From contig JBKQPD010000157.1 in assembly GCA_052145175.1 (NCBI GenBank), forward strand, positions 1,658 through 65,657: a stretch of DNA of 64,000 bases, in the 5' to 3' direction. Both the position numbers and the translations under genes were made by a program. Below the pieces are notes generated by a model, which was not told where the DNA came from, ran no database searches, and saw only the letters and a list, made by a program, of their open reading frames with translations. This DNA is from Candidatus Binataceae bacterium (lineage in GTDB: Bacteria; Desulfobacterota; Binatia; Binatales; Binataceae). Shown here piece by piece: positions 26,826 to 36,478 of this stretch (its first letter is position 1; every line of letters starts with the position of its first letter).

Positions 26826-28586
26826 GTGAACAACCGCGAAGAAGAGATCTGGGTAGCAATCGCGCGCACTCAGCGCCGCTTCGGGCAATGGTTGATCGAT
26901 CGGCTGAAGGGAGCAACCTTTTTCGGCGCCGTTGGGATTATCGGGACGCTGGTCATCGCAGTCCCTATCATAAATGAAACTTTTCGTTCCGTCGTACAAA
27001 TTGATCCATTCGCTGTGCCGGAGGAACTCGAAAAGCAGGGCTTCACGCCCCAGGTCATCAGTGCGAAAGTCGCAGACCAGCTTGAGAAAATCAAGCAAGG
27101 CATCAAACCGAAACGCTCCGAGAAAATTGAAGAAAGACTTTCCGCCACATCCAATGTCAACGCGGCTCGTCTTGAAATTCCAGAGATCCTGGAAAGATTC
27201 TCACTGACGAGCGTCGATGAGCTGCCCGATATCGAAATCCCCGAGACGAAGCTTTCACTCCGAACAATCGTGCATTTTCTGCAGGACTTTCTTCACCGTC
27301 AGCCACCTCGTGTAACCGGCGAGATAATACTTGCGAAGGATGCCCGTGAACAAGAAGTCTTCGCGGTCACGGTAAGAATCGTAAAAGGGGAAAAACGCTA
27401 TACGCAGAGTTTCATCCAGCATCCCGCGAATCCTGAGTCCATGATTCTAACTTTGGGGCAAGAGGTTCTGCGCCTGGTCGATCCTGCCTACCTTGCATTA
27501 TGGGCCTACAATCAAGACGACTCTGACCGCACCCAGAAGCTTTTGAGTGAATGCGAACAGTTAGATGAATGCCCGGAACACGCGTCAAAGTGGGTACCCA
27601 TTTTACGCGGAAACATCCTGATGAACGAAGATAGTCTTGCGGATGCGGAGTCTGAATACAGAAGCGCTCTATTGTCCAGAGGGGTTCCATGCGAAGGGCT
27701 ACTCATCAGATACCGCTTGTCGCGGAATAATTTGGAAGCTTGCACTATTGCTTATATCGATCTCCGAAACCTGCTCGATGTGCAGAAAAACTACGACCTC
27801 GCAATTAAACAGTACCAATCCGCACTAGCGCTCAATCCGAAGGAAGCATACGCGCATAACAACTGGGGTAACGCGCTTTCTGACGAGGGCGAATATGATG
27901 CAAGCATCGGACAATTTGAGGCCTCCATCAGCATCAAGCCTTCTCCTTATGCTTATGACGGCTGGGCCTCCGCGCTAAGTCACAAGCACGAGGATAAAGA
28001 GTCGATCGACAAGATTCAGAGAGCGATCGAGCTCGACCCGAAATTCGTCATGGCCTACAATGATTGGGGCAACGCCCTCAGCGACGAGAACGAAAACGAC
28101 GCAGCCATCGAAAAGTATCAGAAGGCGCTCGCGCTCGACCCGAAATTAGCCGTTGCTTACGACGGTTGGGGCACCGCCCTCTACTCCAAGAACGACTACG
28201 ACCCGGCCATCGAAAAGTTCCAGAAGGCGGTCGCGCTCGACCCGAAAGATGCCGTTGCTTACAACGGTTGGGGACATGCGCTCTACTCCAAGAACGACTA
28301 CGACGCGGCCATCGAAAAGTTCCAGAAGGCGACCGCGCTCGACCCGAAATTAGCCGTTGCCTACAACGGTTGGGGAAATGCGCTCTACTCCAAGAACGAC
28401 TACGACGCAGCCATCGAAAAGTATCAGAAGGCGGTCGCGCTCAACCCGAAACTCGCCGTTGCCTACGAAAGCTGGGGAATGGCACTGGAGGCGAAGGGCG
28501 ATGCTGAACACGCCACGGCGATGTACAGGAAGGCGTTCACACTCAACCCTACTGACGAGTTTTTGAAGTCGAAGCTTGGGAAATGA
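26826..28586 (+). CDS. Membrane-anchored protein with unknown ~330-aa N-terminal region and C-terminal array of at least 8 TPR repeats
   Basis: 586-aa ORF (GTG start), one TM helix (FFGAVGIIGTLVIAVPII), then 34-aa TPR units (AYNGWGNALYSKNDYDAAIEKYQKAVALNPKLAV). Clearly AT-richer than flanking genes. Confidence 0.7.
   Translation: MNNREEEIWVAIARTQRRFGQWLIDRLKGATFFGAVGIIGTLVIAVPIINETFRSVVQIDPFAVPEELEKQGFTPQVISAKVADQLEKIKQGIKPKRSEKIEERLSATSNVNAARLEIPEILERFSLTSVDELPDIEIPETKLSLRTIVHFLQDFLHRQPPRVTGEIILAKDAREQEVFAVTVRIVKGEKRYTQSFIQHPANPESMILTLGQEVLRLVDPAYLALWAYNQDDSDRTQKLLSECEQLDECPEHASKWVPILRGNILMNEDSLADAESEYRSALLSRGVPCEGLLIRYRLSRNNLEACTIAYIDLRNLLDVQKNYDLAIKQYQSALALNPKEAYAHNNWGNALSDEGEYDASIGQFEASISIKPSPYAYDGWASALSHKHEDKESIDKIQRAIELDPKFVMAYNDWGNALSDENENDAAIEKYQKALALDPKLAVAYDGWGTALYSKNDYDPAIEKFQKAVALDPKDAVAYNGWGHALYSKNDYDAAIEKFQKATALDPKLAVAYNGWGNALYSKNDYDAAIEKYQKAVALNPKLAVAYESWGMALEAKGDAEHATAMYRKAFTLNPTDEFLKSKLGK
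28053..28460 (+). repeat. 4 x 102-bp near-identical tandem repeats (one TPR unit each)
   Basis: Units start at 28053, 28155, 28257 and 28359, each beginning gc(c/t)tac.a(c/t)g(a/g)ttgggg. More diverged units lie on both sides. Confidence 0.9.
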
Positions 28587-28777
28587 CGCCCGTTCCGACG
28601 GTCGCCTGCTCGTTTGGAATCACGATCATCCTGAGTCGCGTTCGAAGGGAGCGAAAGGATCTCCTCAGTAGAGCGTCCGGCGCTTTGGCAATTCGCGGTC
28701 AACCGGATTAGAATCCGCCGTGCGGAAGAGATCGTGAGCCGCGCGGCCGAATAGATCAAAACGGAGGCTATCGAGCC

Positions 28778-29152
28778 ATGGCAAAAAAATACACTTTCGT
28801 CGTCCTGACCAACCCCACGCCCGGCAAGGATGCCGAGTTCAACCGCTGGTACAACGAACAGCATATCCCGGACGTTCTCAATGCGGCGGGTTTCGTTTGC
28901 GCGCAGCGTTTCCGGCTCGCCGAGACCCAAAACGGGCCAAAGACCGACCAGACGCACAAGTACCTCGCGCTCTACGAGATCGAAACCGATGACCTCGCGG
29001 CGAGTCTCAAGGACCTGGCGTCGCGCGGCGGCACGCCCGACATGATCATGAGCGACGCGATCGACCTCAAGGGCGCCAACGCACGAATCTTCGAGCCGGT
29101 CGCCGACAAGGTCTACGCCAAAGACGTCGCCCGTCCGCGCCGCGCCGCCTAG
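28778..29152 (+). CDS. Small protein, possibly dimeric alpha/beta-barrel (EthD/DUF4286-like)
   Basis: 124-aa ORF with good third-position GC bias. The N-terminus YTFVVLTNPTPGKDAEFNRWYNEQHIPDVL resembles EthD-like proteins; the assignment is weak. Confidence 0.4.
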   Translation: MAKKYTFVVLTNPTPGKDAEFNRWYNEQHIPDVLNAAGFVCAQRFRLAETQNGPKTDQTHKYLALYEIETDDLAASLKDLASRGGTPDMIMSDAIDLKGANARIFEPVADKVYAKDVARPRRAA

Positions 29153-29190
29153 CTGGCACTAGTGGAGCGCGGTTTCCGGCCCATTCCGGA

Positions 29191-29305
29191 AGCGGAGCGT
29201 CAGCGAGCATGGGGTGCGCGCCAGCGGAGCCGCAGGCGCAGCGAGCAGGTGAGTCTGCGAACTGCGTCCAAATAATGGAGTCCGCGAGCCGCGGTCAAGA
29301 TAAAG
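29191..29305. repeat. Copy of the dispersed intergenic repeat family (GCGAGCAGG(T/C)GAGTC(T/C)GCGA / GGAGTCCGCGAGCCGCGGTCAAGATA)
   Basis: Shares 20-30-nt strings with 3181-3265, 38471-38527 and 54421-54472. Confidence 0.5.
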
Positions 29306-29306
29306 A

Positions 29307-29345
29307 CGTAGCGGGCCGTTAGGATTTTCTTGACGGCCCGCTACG
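29307..29345. other. Perfect 13-bp stem hairpin 34 nt upstream of purD
   Basis: cgtagcgggccgt / 13-nt loop / acggcccgctacg. No U-tract on the + strand, so the role (terminator of the upstream gene or a regulatory element) is undetermined. Confidence 0.35.
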
Positions 29346-29378
29346 AATTGGCCGTCGCGGGCCGGTATAATCCCTCCC

Positions 29379-30695
29379 ATGAAAGTGCTGGTGGTGGGCA
29401 AAGGCGCCCGCGAGCATGCGCTCTGCTGGCGGCTCAATCAGAGCCCGAGCGTCTGGGGCATCTGGGCCGCGGGCGGCAATCCGGGGATCAATCAGATCGC
29501 CAAGCCCGTTCCGCTTGAACTGTCCGACCACGCCGGACTCGCGGCTTTCGCCCTGACAAACAAAATCGACCTCACTATCGTCGGACCCGAAGACCCGCTC
29601 GCGGCGGGTATCGCCGACGAGTTCAGGCGCCGTGGTCTCACGATCTTTGGTCCGTCGCAGGCTGCCGCCCAGCTTGAAGCCAGCAAGGCCTTCGCGAAAA
29701 GTGTGATGCGCGCGGCGGGCGTGCCGACCGCTGACGGCGAGCTCTTCGACGATGCGCGCCGCGCCCTCGATTACATCGCAAGTCATCAGGGGCCGCTGGT
29801 CGTCAAGGCCGACGGCCTCGCGCTGGGCAAGGGGGTCACGGTCTGCGACGACCCGGAGCAGGCGGCGCAGGCGGTACGCGACGCGCTCGAGCAGCATCGT
29901 TTCGGCGCCGCCGGCCAGCGGGTCGTAATCGAGGAGCGGCTGGCCGGCGAGGAGCTGTCCTTCTTCGCGCTATGTGACGGGCTGGAGGCGATCGCGCTCG
30001 GCTGCGTACAGGATCACAAGGCGGTCTTCGACGGCGATCGCGGCCCCAACACCGGCGGGATGGGCGCCTACTCGCCCGTGCCCCGCTATGACGCCGCGTT
30101 CGAGGACCGCGTGATGCGCGAGGTGATCCGGCCGACGCTGGCCGAGATGGCGCGTCGCGGCACGCCCTTCAGCGGCGTCCTGTTCGCCGGTCTGATGGTC
30201 GCGGGCGACCGGATCAAGGTGCTCGAGTTCAATGTCCGCTTCGGCGATCCCGAATGCGAAGCCCTGATGATGCGCTGCGAGGGCGACCTCGGCGAGGGCT
30301 TGCTGGCGGTGGCGCAAGGCCGTCCGCGCGACGCCGCGATCCGGCTGAGCGGCCGCAGCGCGGTCGCGATCGTGCTCGCGTCCGGCGGCTATCCCGGCGA
30401 CTACGCCAAGGGAATCCCGATCGACGGCCTCGCCCAGGTCGACGGCGCCGAGCCGACGGCGCTCAAGACGCAGTGGGCGCTGAACCGGGCGCGGGTCAAG
30501 GTCTTTCACGCCGGCACCGCGATACACGATGGCCACCTCGTGACCGACGGCGGCCGGGTGCTCGTGGTCACCGCCCTCGCCCAGACTCTGCCGGACGCCG
30601 TTGCAACTGCCTACCAGGCCGCGGACCTGATCCGCTTTGCGGGCAAGCATCTGCGCCGCGACGTCGCGTTTCGCGCGCTGGGTTCGTCGCGATGA
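29379..30695 (+). CDS. purD: Phosphoribosylamine--glycine ligase
   Basis: MKVLVVGKGAREHALCWRL.., ATP-grasp core (VVKADGLALGKGV, EERLAGEELSFFALCDG, GGMGAYSP, KVLEFNVRFGDPE). Confidence 0.9.
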   Translation: MKVLVVGKGAREHALCWRLNQSPSVWGIWAAGGNPGINQIAKPVPLELSDHAGLAAFALTNKIDLTIVGPEDPLAAGIADEFRRRGLTIFGPSQAAAQLEASKAFAKSVMRAAGVPTADGELFDDARRALDYIASHQGPLVVKADGLALGKGVTVCDDPEQAAQAVRDALEQHRFGAAGQRVVIEERLAGEELSFFALCDGLEAIALGCVQDHKAVFDGDRGPNTGGMGAYSPVPRYDAAFEDRVMREVIRPTLAEMARRGTPFSGVLFAGLMVAGDRIKVLEFNVRFGDPECEALMMRCEGDLGEGLLAVAQGRPRDAAIRLSGRSAVAIVLASGGYPGDYAKGIPIDGLAQVDGAEPTALKTQWALNRARVKVFHAGTAIHDGHLVTDGGRVLVVTALAQTLPDAVATAYQAADLIRFAGKHLRRDVAFRALGSSR

Positions 30696-31315
30696 CGCGC
30701 GCTGAGCGCGACGTCCTGCTGGCCGCGGCGGTCGCCGCGCTGCGCGCCGGCGAGCTGGTCATCTATCCGACGGAGACCTTCTACGGGATCGCGGCGGACC
30801 CCGCGTCGTCGCGCGCGATGGCGCGGATCTTCGCGCTGAAGGGGCGCGCGCCCGACCAGCCGATCGCGCTTATCGCGGCCGACCCGGCGGCCGCATTCGC
30901 GCTGGCCGATGAAGTCCCGCCGTTGGCGCGTCGTTTGGCGACTGCTTTTTGGCCGGGACCGCTGACGCTCGTACTCCCGGCCCGGAGGGGACTGCACGAG
31001 GCTGTCCTCGGCCCCGACGGCGTCGGCGTGCGCGTCTCCTCGCATCCGATCGCGCACGCCCTGGCGACGGCTTTCGGCCGCCCGATCACCGCGACCAGCG
31101 CCAACTTGAGCGGGCAGCCGCCGATCACCCGGCCGGCGGAACTCCGTGCGGTGTTCGGCGATAAAGTTAAAGTGATACTTGAAGATGGAGTGCTCGCCGG
31201 CGGCGCGCCCTCGACCATCGTCGCCGTGACCCGCACCGGCTACCGGACTATCCGTCGCGGCGCCGTGGCCGAGTGCGCGATCGCCGCGGTCGCCGCACAA
31301 AAGGAACCCGTATGA
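30692..31315 (+). CDS. L-threonylcarbamoyladenylate synthase (TsaC/YrdC/Sua5-domain protein)
   Basis: LVIYPTETFYGIAADP, GRAPDQPIALI, WPGPLTLVL and ITATSANLSGQPP are YrdC-domain motifs. ATGA start/stop overlap with purD. Confidence 0.8.
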   Translation: MTRAERDVLLAAAVAALRAGELVIYPTETFYGIAADPASSRAMARIFALKGRAPDQPIALIAADPAAAFALADEVPPLARRLATAFWPGPLTLVLPARRGLHEAVLGPDGVGVRVSSHPIAHALATAFGRPITATSANLSGQPPITRPAELRAVFGDKVKVILEDGVLAGGAPSTIVAVTRTGYRTIRRGAVAECAIAAVAAQKEPV

Positions 31316-32607
31316 ATGCCACTGTCCCGCGTCGCGTCGAACCCCTCGACGCGCTGCTCTTCGATCCCGCGCGCGTCGGTTCGCTTGACCGTGTCGTCGC
31401 GCCGCCGTACGACCTGATCGATCAGGTCCAGCAGGAGCAGCTTTACGCGCGGAGCCCGTTCAATATCGTACGACTCGAGCTGAGCCGTGAACCCGATCCG
31501 TACGCGAGCGCGGCGGCGACCCTGGCACAGTGGCGCGCCGAGGCGACCCTCGCGCGTGCTCCCAAGCCCGCGTTTTATTACTACACCCAACGCTTTAATT
31601 ACGCGGGACAAGGCATGGTGCGCAATGGTCTGATAGCGCGCGTCAGGCTCGAGGAGTTCGCCAGCGGACGGATTCTGCCGCATGAGCGCACGTTTCCCAA
31701 GGCGAAGGAGGATCGCCTGCGGCTGCTCGCCGCGACCCGGACCAATATCAGCTCGATCTTTGGGCTCTATCCGTCAGCGTCGCGTGACCTGCGCGAGCTG
31801 CTCGGCCGGACCGCGGAATCCGCGCCGCTGCGGTCGGCCACCGACGATCACGGGATTGTCAACGAAATCCGTGCGCTCGACTCGCCAGATGCGATCGCGA
31901 CCGTTCAGGAGGGGCTCGAAGCGCCGCGGATTCTCATCGCCGACGGACACCATCGATACGAGACCGCGCTCGAATACCGCCGCCAGCGGCTCGCCGCGGC
32001 GCCCGGCTTGTCCTCGCCGCGGCCCTTTGACTACGTGATGATGACCCTGGTCGCGTTCGACGATCCGGGTCTGGTGATTCTGCCGACCCATCGCCTGGTG
32101 CGGCGTCTGCCGGCGGACGCCGTCGCGCACTTTGGCGACCGCTGCCGTGAGCACTTCACGGTCGAGGAGTTTACGGCACCCGAGCAGTTCCGCGCAGCCC
32201 TGACCGCGCGGGGCCGGCGCGCCCTCGGGGTAGCTTTGGCCGGACAACCCGGATTCCTGCTGCTGGCCCTGCGCGACCCGGCGAGCCTCGCGATCGCGAT
32301 GCCCGACACGCCGGCCGCGGTGCGCGAACTCGAAGTCTCGCTTCTGCATACGCTTGTCCTCGACCGTATCTTCGGGATCAAGCCCGCCGAGGTCCGCCAG
32401 GGCGGCAATATCGAATACACGATCGACGGTCCGGCCGCGTTGGCCGAAGTCGCCGCCGGACGCGCCGTCGGGGCCTTCCTGATGAATCCGCCGAACGTCG
32501 CGGATATCGAGCGCGTGAGCAGCGCCGGGGCGACGATGCCCGAAAAATCGACCTACTTCTTCCCCAAGCTGATCACCGGGCTGGTGCTCAACCCGCTCGA
32601 CGATTAG
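31312..32607 (+). CDS. DUF1015-family protein
   Basis: VVAPPYDLID, ILPHERTFPKAKEDRLRLL and ILIADGHHRYETAL are characteristic of DUF1015. ATGA overlap with the upstream gene. Confidence 0.75.
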   Translation: MNATVPRRVEPLDALLFDPARVGSLDRVVAPPYDLIDQVQQEQLYARSPFNIVRLELSREPDPYASAAATLAQWRAEATLARAPKPAFYYYTQRFNYAGQGMVRNGLIARVRLEEFASGRILPHERTFPKAKEDRLRLLAATRTNISSIFGLYPSASRDLRELLGRTAESAPLRSATDDHGIVNEIRALDSPDAIATVQEGLEAPRILIADGHHRYETALEYRRQRLAAAPGLSSPRPFDYVMMTLVAFDDPGLVILPTHRLVRRLPADAVAHFGDRCREHFTVEEFTAPEQFRAALTARGRRALGVALAGQPGFLLLALRDPASLAIAMPDTPAAVRELEVSLLHTLVLDRIFGIKPAEVRQGGNIEYTIDGPAALAEVAAGRAVGAFLMNPPNVADIERVSSAGATMPEKSTYFFPKLITGLVLNPLDD

Positions 32608-32683
32608 CCGGACCGCCCAGGAAGCCGCACGCCGCGGAAGAGACTGGCGGCGCGGCGGCAGATGCGCCATAATATGGGGCAGA

Positions 32684-33142
32684 TTGCTCACGCTCGCTGG
32701 AGCTTCGATCGTGCAAGCATCACATGTAGCCAGGCTGCTCGGCGGCGAGCAGGTTCTCGGTCGCCGGATCGGCAACGACCTGGAGCTCGAGCGCTGCGCA
32801 CGCGAGGGTTTTCCCGTCGGCGTGCTCCGGGCCCTGCAGGACATGGCGGGCCTTACGCAAGACGACGTCTACGGCTGGATCATTCCGCGCCGCACGTTGT
32901 CGCATCGCGTGAAGAAGCATCAGCGTTTGAACCTGGACGAATCCAACCGCGTCTCCCGGATCACGCGGATTTTCGCGCTGGCCGCGGAAACGCTCGGCGG
33001 CGACGACCGCGCGAAGGATTGGATGCGCCGGCCACTCCGGCAATTTGCCGGACGCACGCCGGTCGCGATGCTCGCGACCGACCTTGGCGCTCATCAGGTG
33101 GAAGTTCTGCTCGGCAGGATCGCATACGGCCTCGCGGCGTGA
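32684..33142 (+). CDS. Xre/MbcA/ParS-type antitoxin (DUF2384) of a RES toxin-antitoxin pair
   Basis: C-terminal WMRRPLRQFAGRTPVAMLATDLGAHQVEVLLGRI is the DUF2384 toxin-binding domain. Stop overlaps the RES gene start (GTGA). Confidence 0.75.
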   Translation: MLTLAGASIVQASHVARLLGGEQVLGRRIGNDLELERCAREGFPVGVLRALQDMAGLTQDDVYGWIIPRRTLSHRVKKHQRLNLDESNRVSRITRIFALAAETLGGDDRAKDWMRRPLRQFAGRTPVAMLATDLGAHQVEVLLGRIAYGLAA

Positions 33143-33582
33143 AGGTGTGGCGCCTCGCCCGCCGGGCGTTCGCCGCGCTCGACGGCGCCGGGGCGCGTCT
33201 CTACGGCGGCCGCTGGAATCGGACCGGGCAGGCGGTCGTCTACACGGCGCAGAATCTTTCGCTCGCTGTACTCGAGGTGATCGTTCATCTGGAACTGGCG
33301 CCGGAACTCTTCCCGCCGGACTACGTGAAGATCGAAATCGACGTCCCTGACGAGGTTGCTATCGAACGCGTCGGGGTCGTGCCCCGCACTGCCACGGCTA
33401 CGCTCGAATTGGGTGCGCGCTGGTATGCACGTGGCGGGACGGCCGGTTTGCTCGTGCCCTCGGTAATCGTCGCCGAGGAGCACAATCTTTTGCTCAACCC
33501 GGGTCATCCCGACTTTGCGAAAATCCGAAGCCGGCGGCCCCGTCCGTTTGGTTTCGACGCGCGCCTGCTTGAGCGGAACTAA
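33139..33582 (+). CDS. RES-domain toxin (NAD+-degrading family)
   Basis: VWRLARRAFAALDGAGARLYGGRWNRTGQAVVYTAQNLSLAVLEVIVH and PSVIVAEEHNLLLNPGHPDF match the RES domain (R..E..S residues present). GTG start 33139. Confidence 0.75.
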   Translation: MKVWRLARRAFAALDGAGARLYGGRWNRTGQAVVYTAQNLSLAVLEVIVHLELAPELFPPDYVKIEIDVPDEVAIERVGVVPRTATATLELGARWYARGGTAGLLVPSVIVAEEHNLLLNPGHPDFAKIRSRRPRPFGFDARLLERN

Positions 33583-33627
33583 ACGCAGAGTTTGCGGATT
33601 TGGCGAACAGGTTCACGGGACGACCAA

Positions 33628-34662
33628 TCAGCGCGTGCAGAAGTTGGCGATGTCATTCGCGGTATTGTGGCTGATATCGGGGCAGCAGGTTGGGAAGATT
33701 TCCGTGCCGTGGATGGTTCCCATCACCTGCCGGCAGCGCGCGCGCACGCCATTGTGCATGAGGAGCCGGTAAAAGCTGATCCCTTCGTCGCGTAGCGGAT
33801 CACACTCATTGACGCTGATCACGGTGGGCGGGAACCCCGCGACGTCTTCGGCGGTGGCGAACGCCGGCCAGGCCAGCGGGTTGCGCGCGCGGAAGGCCTC
33901 GATCCCGTAACCCATCGCGCCACGATTGTTGTGCAAGTCGAGCAGAATCTCGTTGTTTTCGGTTGAGGACGGATATTGCGATTGAGGCCATTCACCCGCG
34001 ATATAGGGGCACAGAGCATACAGCCCCTTGATGAACCCGAGGTCGCCGTCGCGCTTCAGTTTCAGTCCGGTTGCGAGGGTGAGATTCCCGCCGCCGCTCT
34101 CGCCTGCGACGATAATTCGCGTCGGGTCGATATTGAGCGCCGCGCTGTTGGCGTGAACCCACTTCACGCCGGAAACACAATCATTGAGGCCTGCCGGAAA
34201 CGGCGCGACTTCGGGAACCGAAGAGGCGACCAGCGCATTGCGAAAGTCGACCATGGCCACGGCCACGCCGTTGGCGGCGATCATCTTGCCCCATGCCCGG
34301 TAATTTCCCGAATAGCACGACATGATGGTCATGCCGCCGCCGTGAATGTAGTAGACACACGGGACGGACGCGGAATTGTCAGGACGGATGAACTGGATAT
34401 TGATCGTGTTGCCATCGGGAGCCGACACGACGCGTTCGATGCGAATACTCAGTCCCGCCGATGGTGCGACGGTTTCATCGTCAAAGGCGTCGAGCATTGC
34501 CGCCATCGCCGCAGCCTGCTTTTTGCCGGAATCGCTATTCGCCGCGGCCAACATATCTTCGCGGCTCGCCACATCTCCGGTGGCGGTCAACACCCCAAGG
34601 CTGCCGAATACGGCTTTGAGACGCGGGTCGATGCGGGGATCTTCGGCAAGTTTCGAGGCCAT
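33628..34662 (-). CDS. Alpha/beta-hydrolase, hormone-sensitive-lipase-like esterase
   Basis: HGGG oxyanion motif (YYIHGGGM), nucleophile elbow GESGGGNL, and C-terminal DPLRDEG ... H. Confidence 0.75.
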   Translation of the reverse strand: MASKLAEDPRIDPRLKAVFGSLGVLTATGDVASREDMLAAANSDSGKKQAAAMAAMLDAFDDETVAPSAGLSIRIERVVSAPDGNTINIQFIRPDNSASVPCVYYIHGGGMTIMSCYSGNYRAWGKMIAANGVAVAMVDFRNALVASSVPEVAPFPAGLNDCVSGVKWVHANSAALNIDPTRIIVAGESGGGNLTLATGLKLKRDGDLGFIKGLYALCPYIAGEWPQSQYPSSTENNEILLDLHNNRGAMGYGIEAFRARNPLAWPAFATAEDVAGFPPTVISVNECDPLRDEGISFYRLLMHNGVRARCRQVMGTIHGTEIFPTCCPDISHNTANDIANFCTR

Positions 34663-34732
34663 AGCGTTTTACTCCGGGATTTCCCTTTTAGTTAAGGATG
34701 AACTCACTAAAGTTCGATTTCTTCAGAAACTC

Positions 34733-35749
34733 TCAATGCGGGAATTCGACCAGCACCTTGGCGCGGGAGCCGGGCCGCCGCAGCGCCTGGAACATTTCGG
34801 GCACCTGTTCGACCTTGATGATGTCGGTGACCATCGGTTGCGGCTTGATGCGGCCGCTCGCCAGCGCCTGGATCGTTTCGTCGAAATCGGCCGGGTCGTA
34901 GCCCAGCGAAAAATTCACGCTGATCTCCTTGAAGATGCATTGAACAGGCTGAATTTCGTCGGCCTCCATGCAGACCCCGACAACCACGATCTGGCCGCGC
35001 GGTCCGATCATGCTGACCGCGTTGCCGAGCGTGCCCTTGACCCCGACGCATTCGAAGATCAGCTCGGGCGTGTGTCCGGTCATCTCGCGCACCTGATCGG
35101 CGGGACTGCGCTCCTGCGGATTGACGACGACATCAGCGCCGAGCCGGCGGGCGAGCTCGCTACGCCCCGGCGCCATCTCCGAGACCACGACGGTCGCGCC
35201 CTTGCCCTTGGCCCAGGTGAGGGTAGCGAGCCCGATCGGTCCGGCGCCCATGATGATCACCGTCTCACCGGGCTTGACTCCCGATCGCTTGACCGCGTGC
35301 AGGCCGACCGACAACGGCTCGACCAGGGCGCCGTCGCGGGAGCTGACGTTGTCCGGCAACTTGAAGAGGCTCGTCGTGGCGCAGGCGACGTACTCGGCGT
35401 AGGCCCCCGGCAACTGGCCAAGTCCGAGACCCTTCAGCTTGTGACAATGAATCTCCATGCCGCGTTTGCAGCGCTCGCATTCACCGCACATCACGAAGGG
35501 CAGCGCGGCGACCCGCTGGCCGACCGTGTAGTTGCGCACGTCCGGGCCGACCTCGCAGATCTCGCCGCAGAATTCGTGGCCCATGATGGTATCCGGGCGC
35601 ATCCCGAAGCCGTACTGGCAGGCGTGCAGGTCCGAGCCGCAGATGCCGCAATTATGCACCTTGAGGACGACCTCGCCCGCGCCGGCCTTGGGGGTCGGCG
35701 CGTCGATCAGCCCCATCTCGTTCACTTTCTTGAATGCCACCGCCTTCAT
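34733..35749 (-). CDS. Zinc-dependent medium-chain alcohol dehydrogenase
   Basis: GICGSDLH, GHEFCGEI, structural-Zn Cys cluster CGECERCKRG, and Rossmann GAGPIGL. Confidence 0.8.
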   Translation of the reverse strand: MKAVAFKKVNEMGLIDAPTPKAGAGEVVLKVHNCGICGSDLHACQYGFGMRPDTIMGHEFCGEICEVGPDVRNYTVGQRVAALPFVMCGECERCKRGMEIHCHKLKGLGLGQLPGAYAEYVACATTSLFKLPDNVSSRDGALVEPLSVGLHAVKRSGVKPGETVIIMGAGPIGLATLTWAKGKGATVVVSEMAPGRSELARRLGADVVVNPQERSPADQVREMTGHTPELIFECVGVKGTLGNAVSMIGPRGQIVVVGVCMEADEIQPVQCIFKEISVNFSLGYDPADFDETIQALASGRIKPQPMVTDIIKVEQVPEMFQALRRPGSRAKVLVEFPH

Positions 35750-35894
35750 GATCTTCCTCTTGCTGATCGATCGGTTCGTATTCGTGACGCGGTTCGCCTC
35801 TTAACCCTCTCCTTGTCCAGGCCTGCCCTCGAGGAGCGAAGCGACGAAGGGGAGAGGGCGGCGTCTTCGCCGGGTGAGGGCAGCTTTTCGACGC

Positions 35895-36302
35895 TTATTC
35901 AAAGCTGAGGGCGGCGCTGTCCTTCTGCTGGACCAGCTCGATCTTGTAGCCGTTGGGATCCTCGATAAAGGCGATTTCCGGACCGCCGAACTTCATCGGT
36001 CCCGGCTCGCGCACGACGTTGACGCCACGCTGCTTGAGGTCCGCGCATTTCTTGTAGATATCGTCGACGCTGATCGCCAGATGACCGAAGGCGCTGCCCT
36101 GATCATAGCCTTTTTTGCCCCAGTTATGGGTGAGTTCGATCACGGCGCCGTCTTTTTCCTCATTGTAGCCGACGAAGGCGAGCGTAAATTCACCGCTTGG
36201 GAAGTCCCGTTTGCGCAGGAGCTTCATCCCCAGACCGTCGCAGTAGAACTTGAGCGTCTCGTCGAGGTCGTTGACGCGGATCATCGTATGGAGCAGGCGC
36301 AT
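35895..36302 (-). CDS. gloA: Lactoylglutathione lyase (glyoxalase I)
   Basis: MRLLHTMIRVNDLDETLKFY..LGMKLLRK..FTLAFVGY..IELTHNWG..GHLAI..GYKIELV: classic GloA pattern, 135 aa. Confidence 0.85.
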   Translation of the reverse strand: MRLLHTMIRVNDLDETLKFYCDGLGMKLLRKRDFPSGEFTLAFVGYNEEKDGAVIELTHNWGKKGYDQGSAFGHLAISVDDIYKKCADLKQRGVNVVREPGPMKFGGPEIAFIEDPNGYKIELVQQKDSAALSFE

Positions 36303-36478
36303 CGGTCATCTCCTTGCGGTCGCGGCCCGGCGACCGCGACAATTGTGGTTATGCGAGCAATTTCCCGCGATTCGCGGAGCCGTGTCAATCGAACCGACGA
36401 AAGCAGAACGCTGGTCCGTAAAGGTGCGTTGCAAATAACCCGGGAGATAAAGAATAATGACGATAAGGCAGAAAGCGG

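Noticed and set aside
30254-30691. In-frame upstream extension of the TsaC-like ORF (353-aa version)
   Set aside because: The extension overlaps purD in another frame and is Arg/Pro-rich. YrdC-domain similarity starts at ATG 30692, which forms an ATGA overlap with the purD stop.
34376-35908. 510-aa plus-strand ORF
   Set aside because: It is antisense to the esterase and alcohol-dehydrogenase genes and spans their intergenic region. It has no motifs and is Arg/Asp/Ala-rich.
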